The notes below the pieces were generated by a model. The model had not been told where the DNA came from and ran no database searches. It saw only the letters and a list, made by a program, of their open reading frames with translations. The position numbers and the translations under genes are program-made. From positions 147,932,001 through 147,996,000 of the forward strand of contig NC_082708.1 of assembly GCF_030144855.1 (NCBI RefSeq): a stretch of 64,000 nucleotides of DNA. The letters run 5' to 3'. How positions within the stretch are numbered: position 1 is the first letter of the stretch; every line of letters starts with the position of its first letter. Shown in pieces: positions 63,913 to 64,000 of the stretch. This DNA is from Hypanus sabinus (lineage: Eukaryota).

Positions 63913-64000
63913 ATGTCTATATTTGGTGAAAGCCAACTTTTAATGAGTAGCATGAATTCCAGAGTAAATGAAATTCAGACAAAAACTGGAGATGCTGAAA

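Overview
Repeat-dominated eukaryotic DNA, almost certainly an elasmobranch and probably a ray, judged from HE1/V-SINEs, CR1/HER1-type LINEs and Rex1/Babar and Penelope families. I recognise no intact host gene or exon, so this is intergenic or intronic sequence; a 175-N gap lies at 13416-13590. Contents are two degenerate copies of one Gypsy family plus solo LTRs, many CR1 and Rex1/Babar pieces (one CR1 nearly intact at 38592-42163), Poseidon- and Neptune-type Penelope-like elements (PLEs), a HERO-type RLE retrotransposon, and Tigger, Tc1 and hAT DNA transposons. Four observations stand out. (1) In the first Gypsy copy, pol is replaced by degraded, apparently spliced RBM25 coding sequence, which suggests host mRNA capture. 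(2) A pol-less endogenous retrovirus with paired LTRs, a 5-bp TSD, a Leu-like PBS and a gamma-type env remnant is nested in the second Gypsy copy. (3) Minimal hammerhead-ribozyme motifs recur in PLE ends, including a TSD-flanked, circularly permuted ~516-bp retrozyme-like monomer. (4) Several multi-layer nested insertions have readable TSDs. All family assignments come from motifs recognised by eye; no database search was run. Boundaries without TSD or TIR support are approximate.
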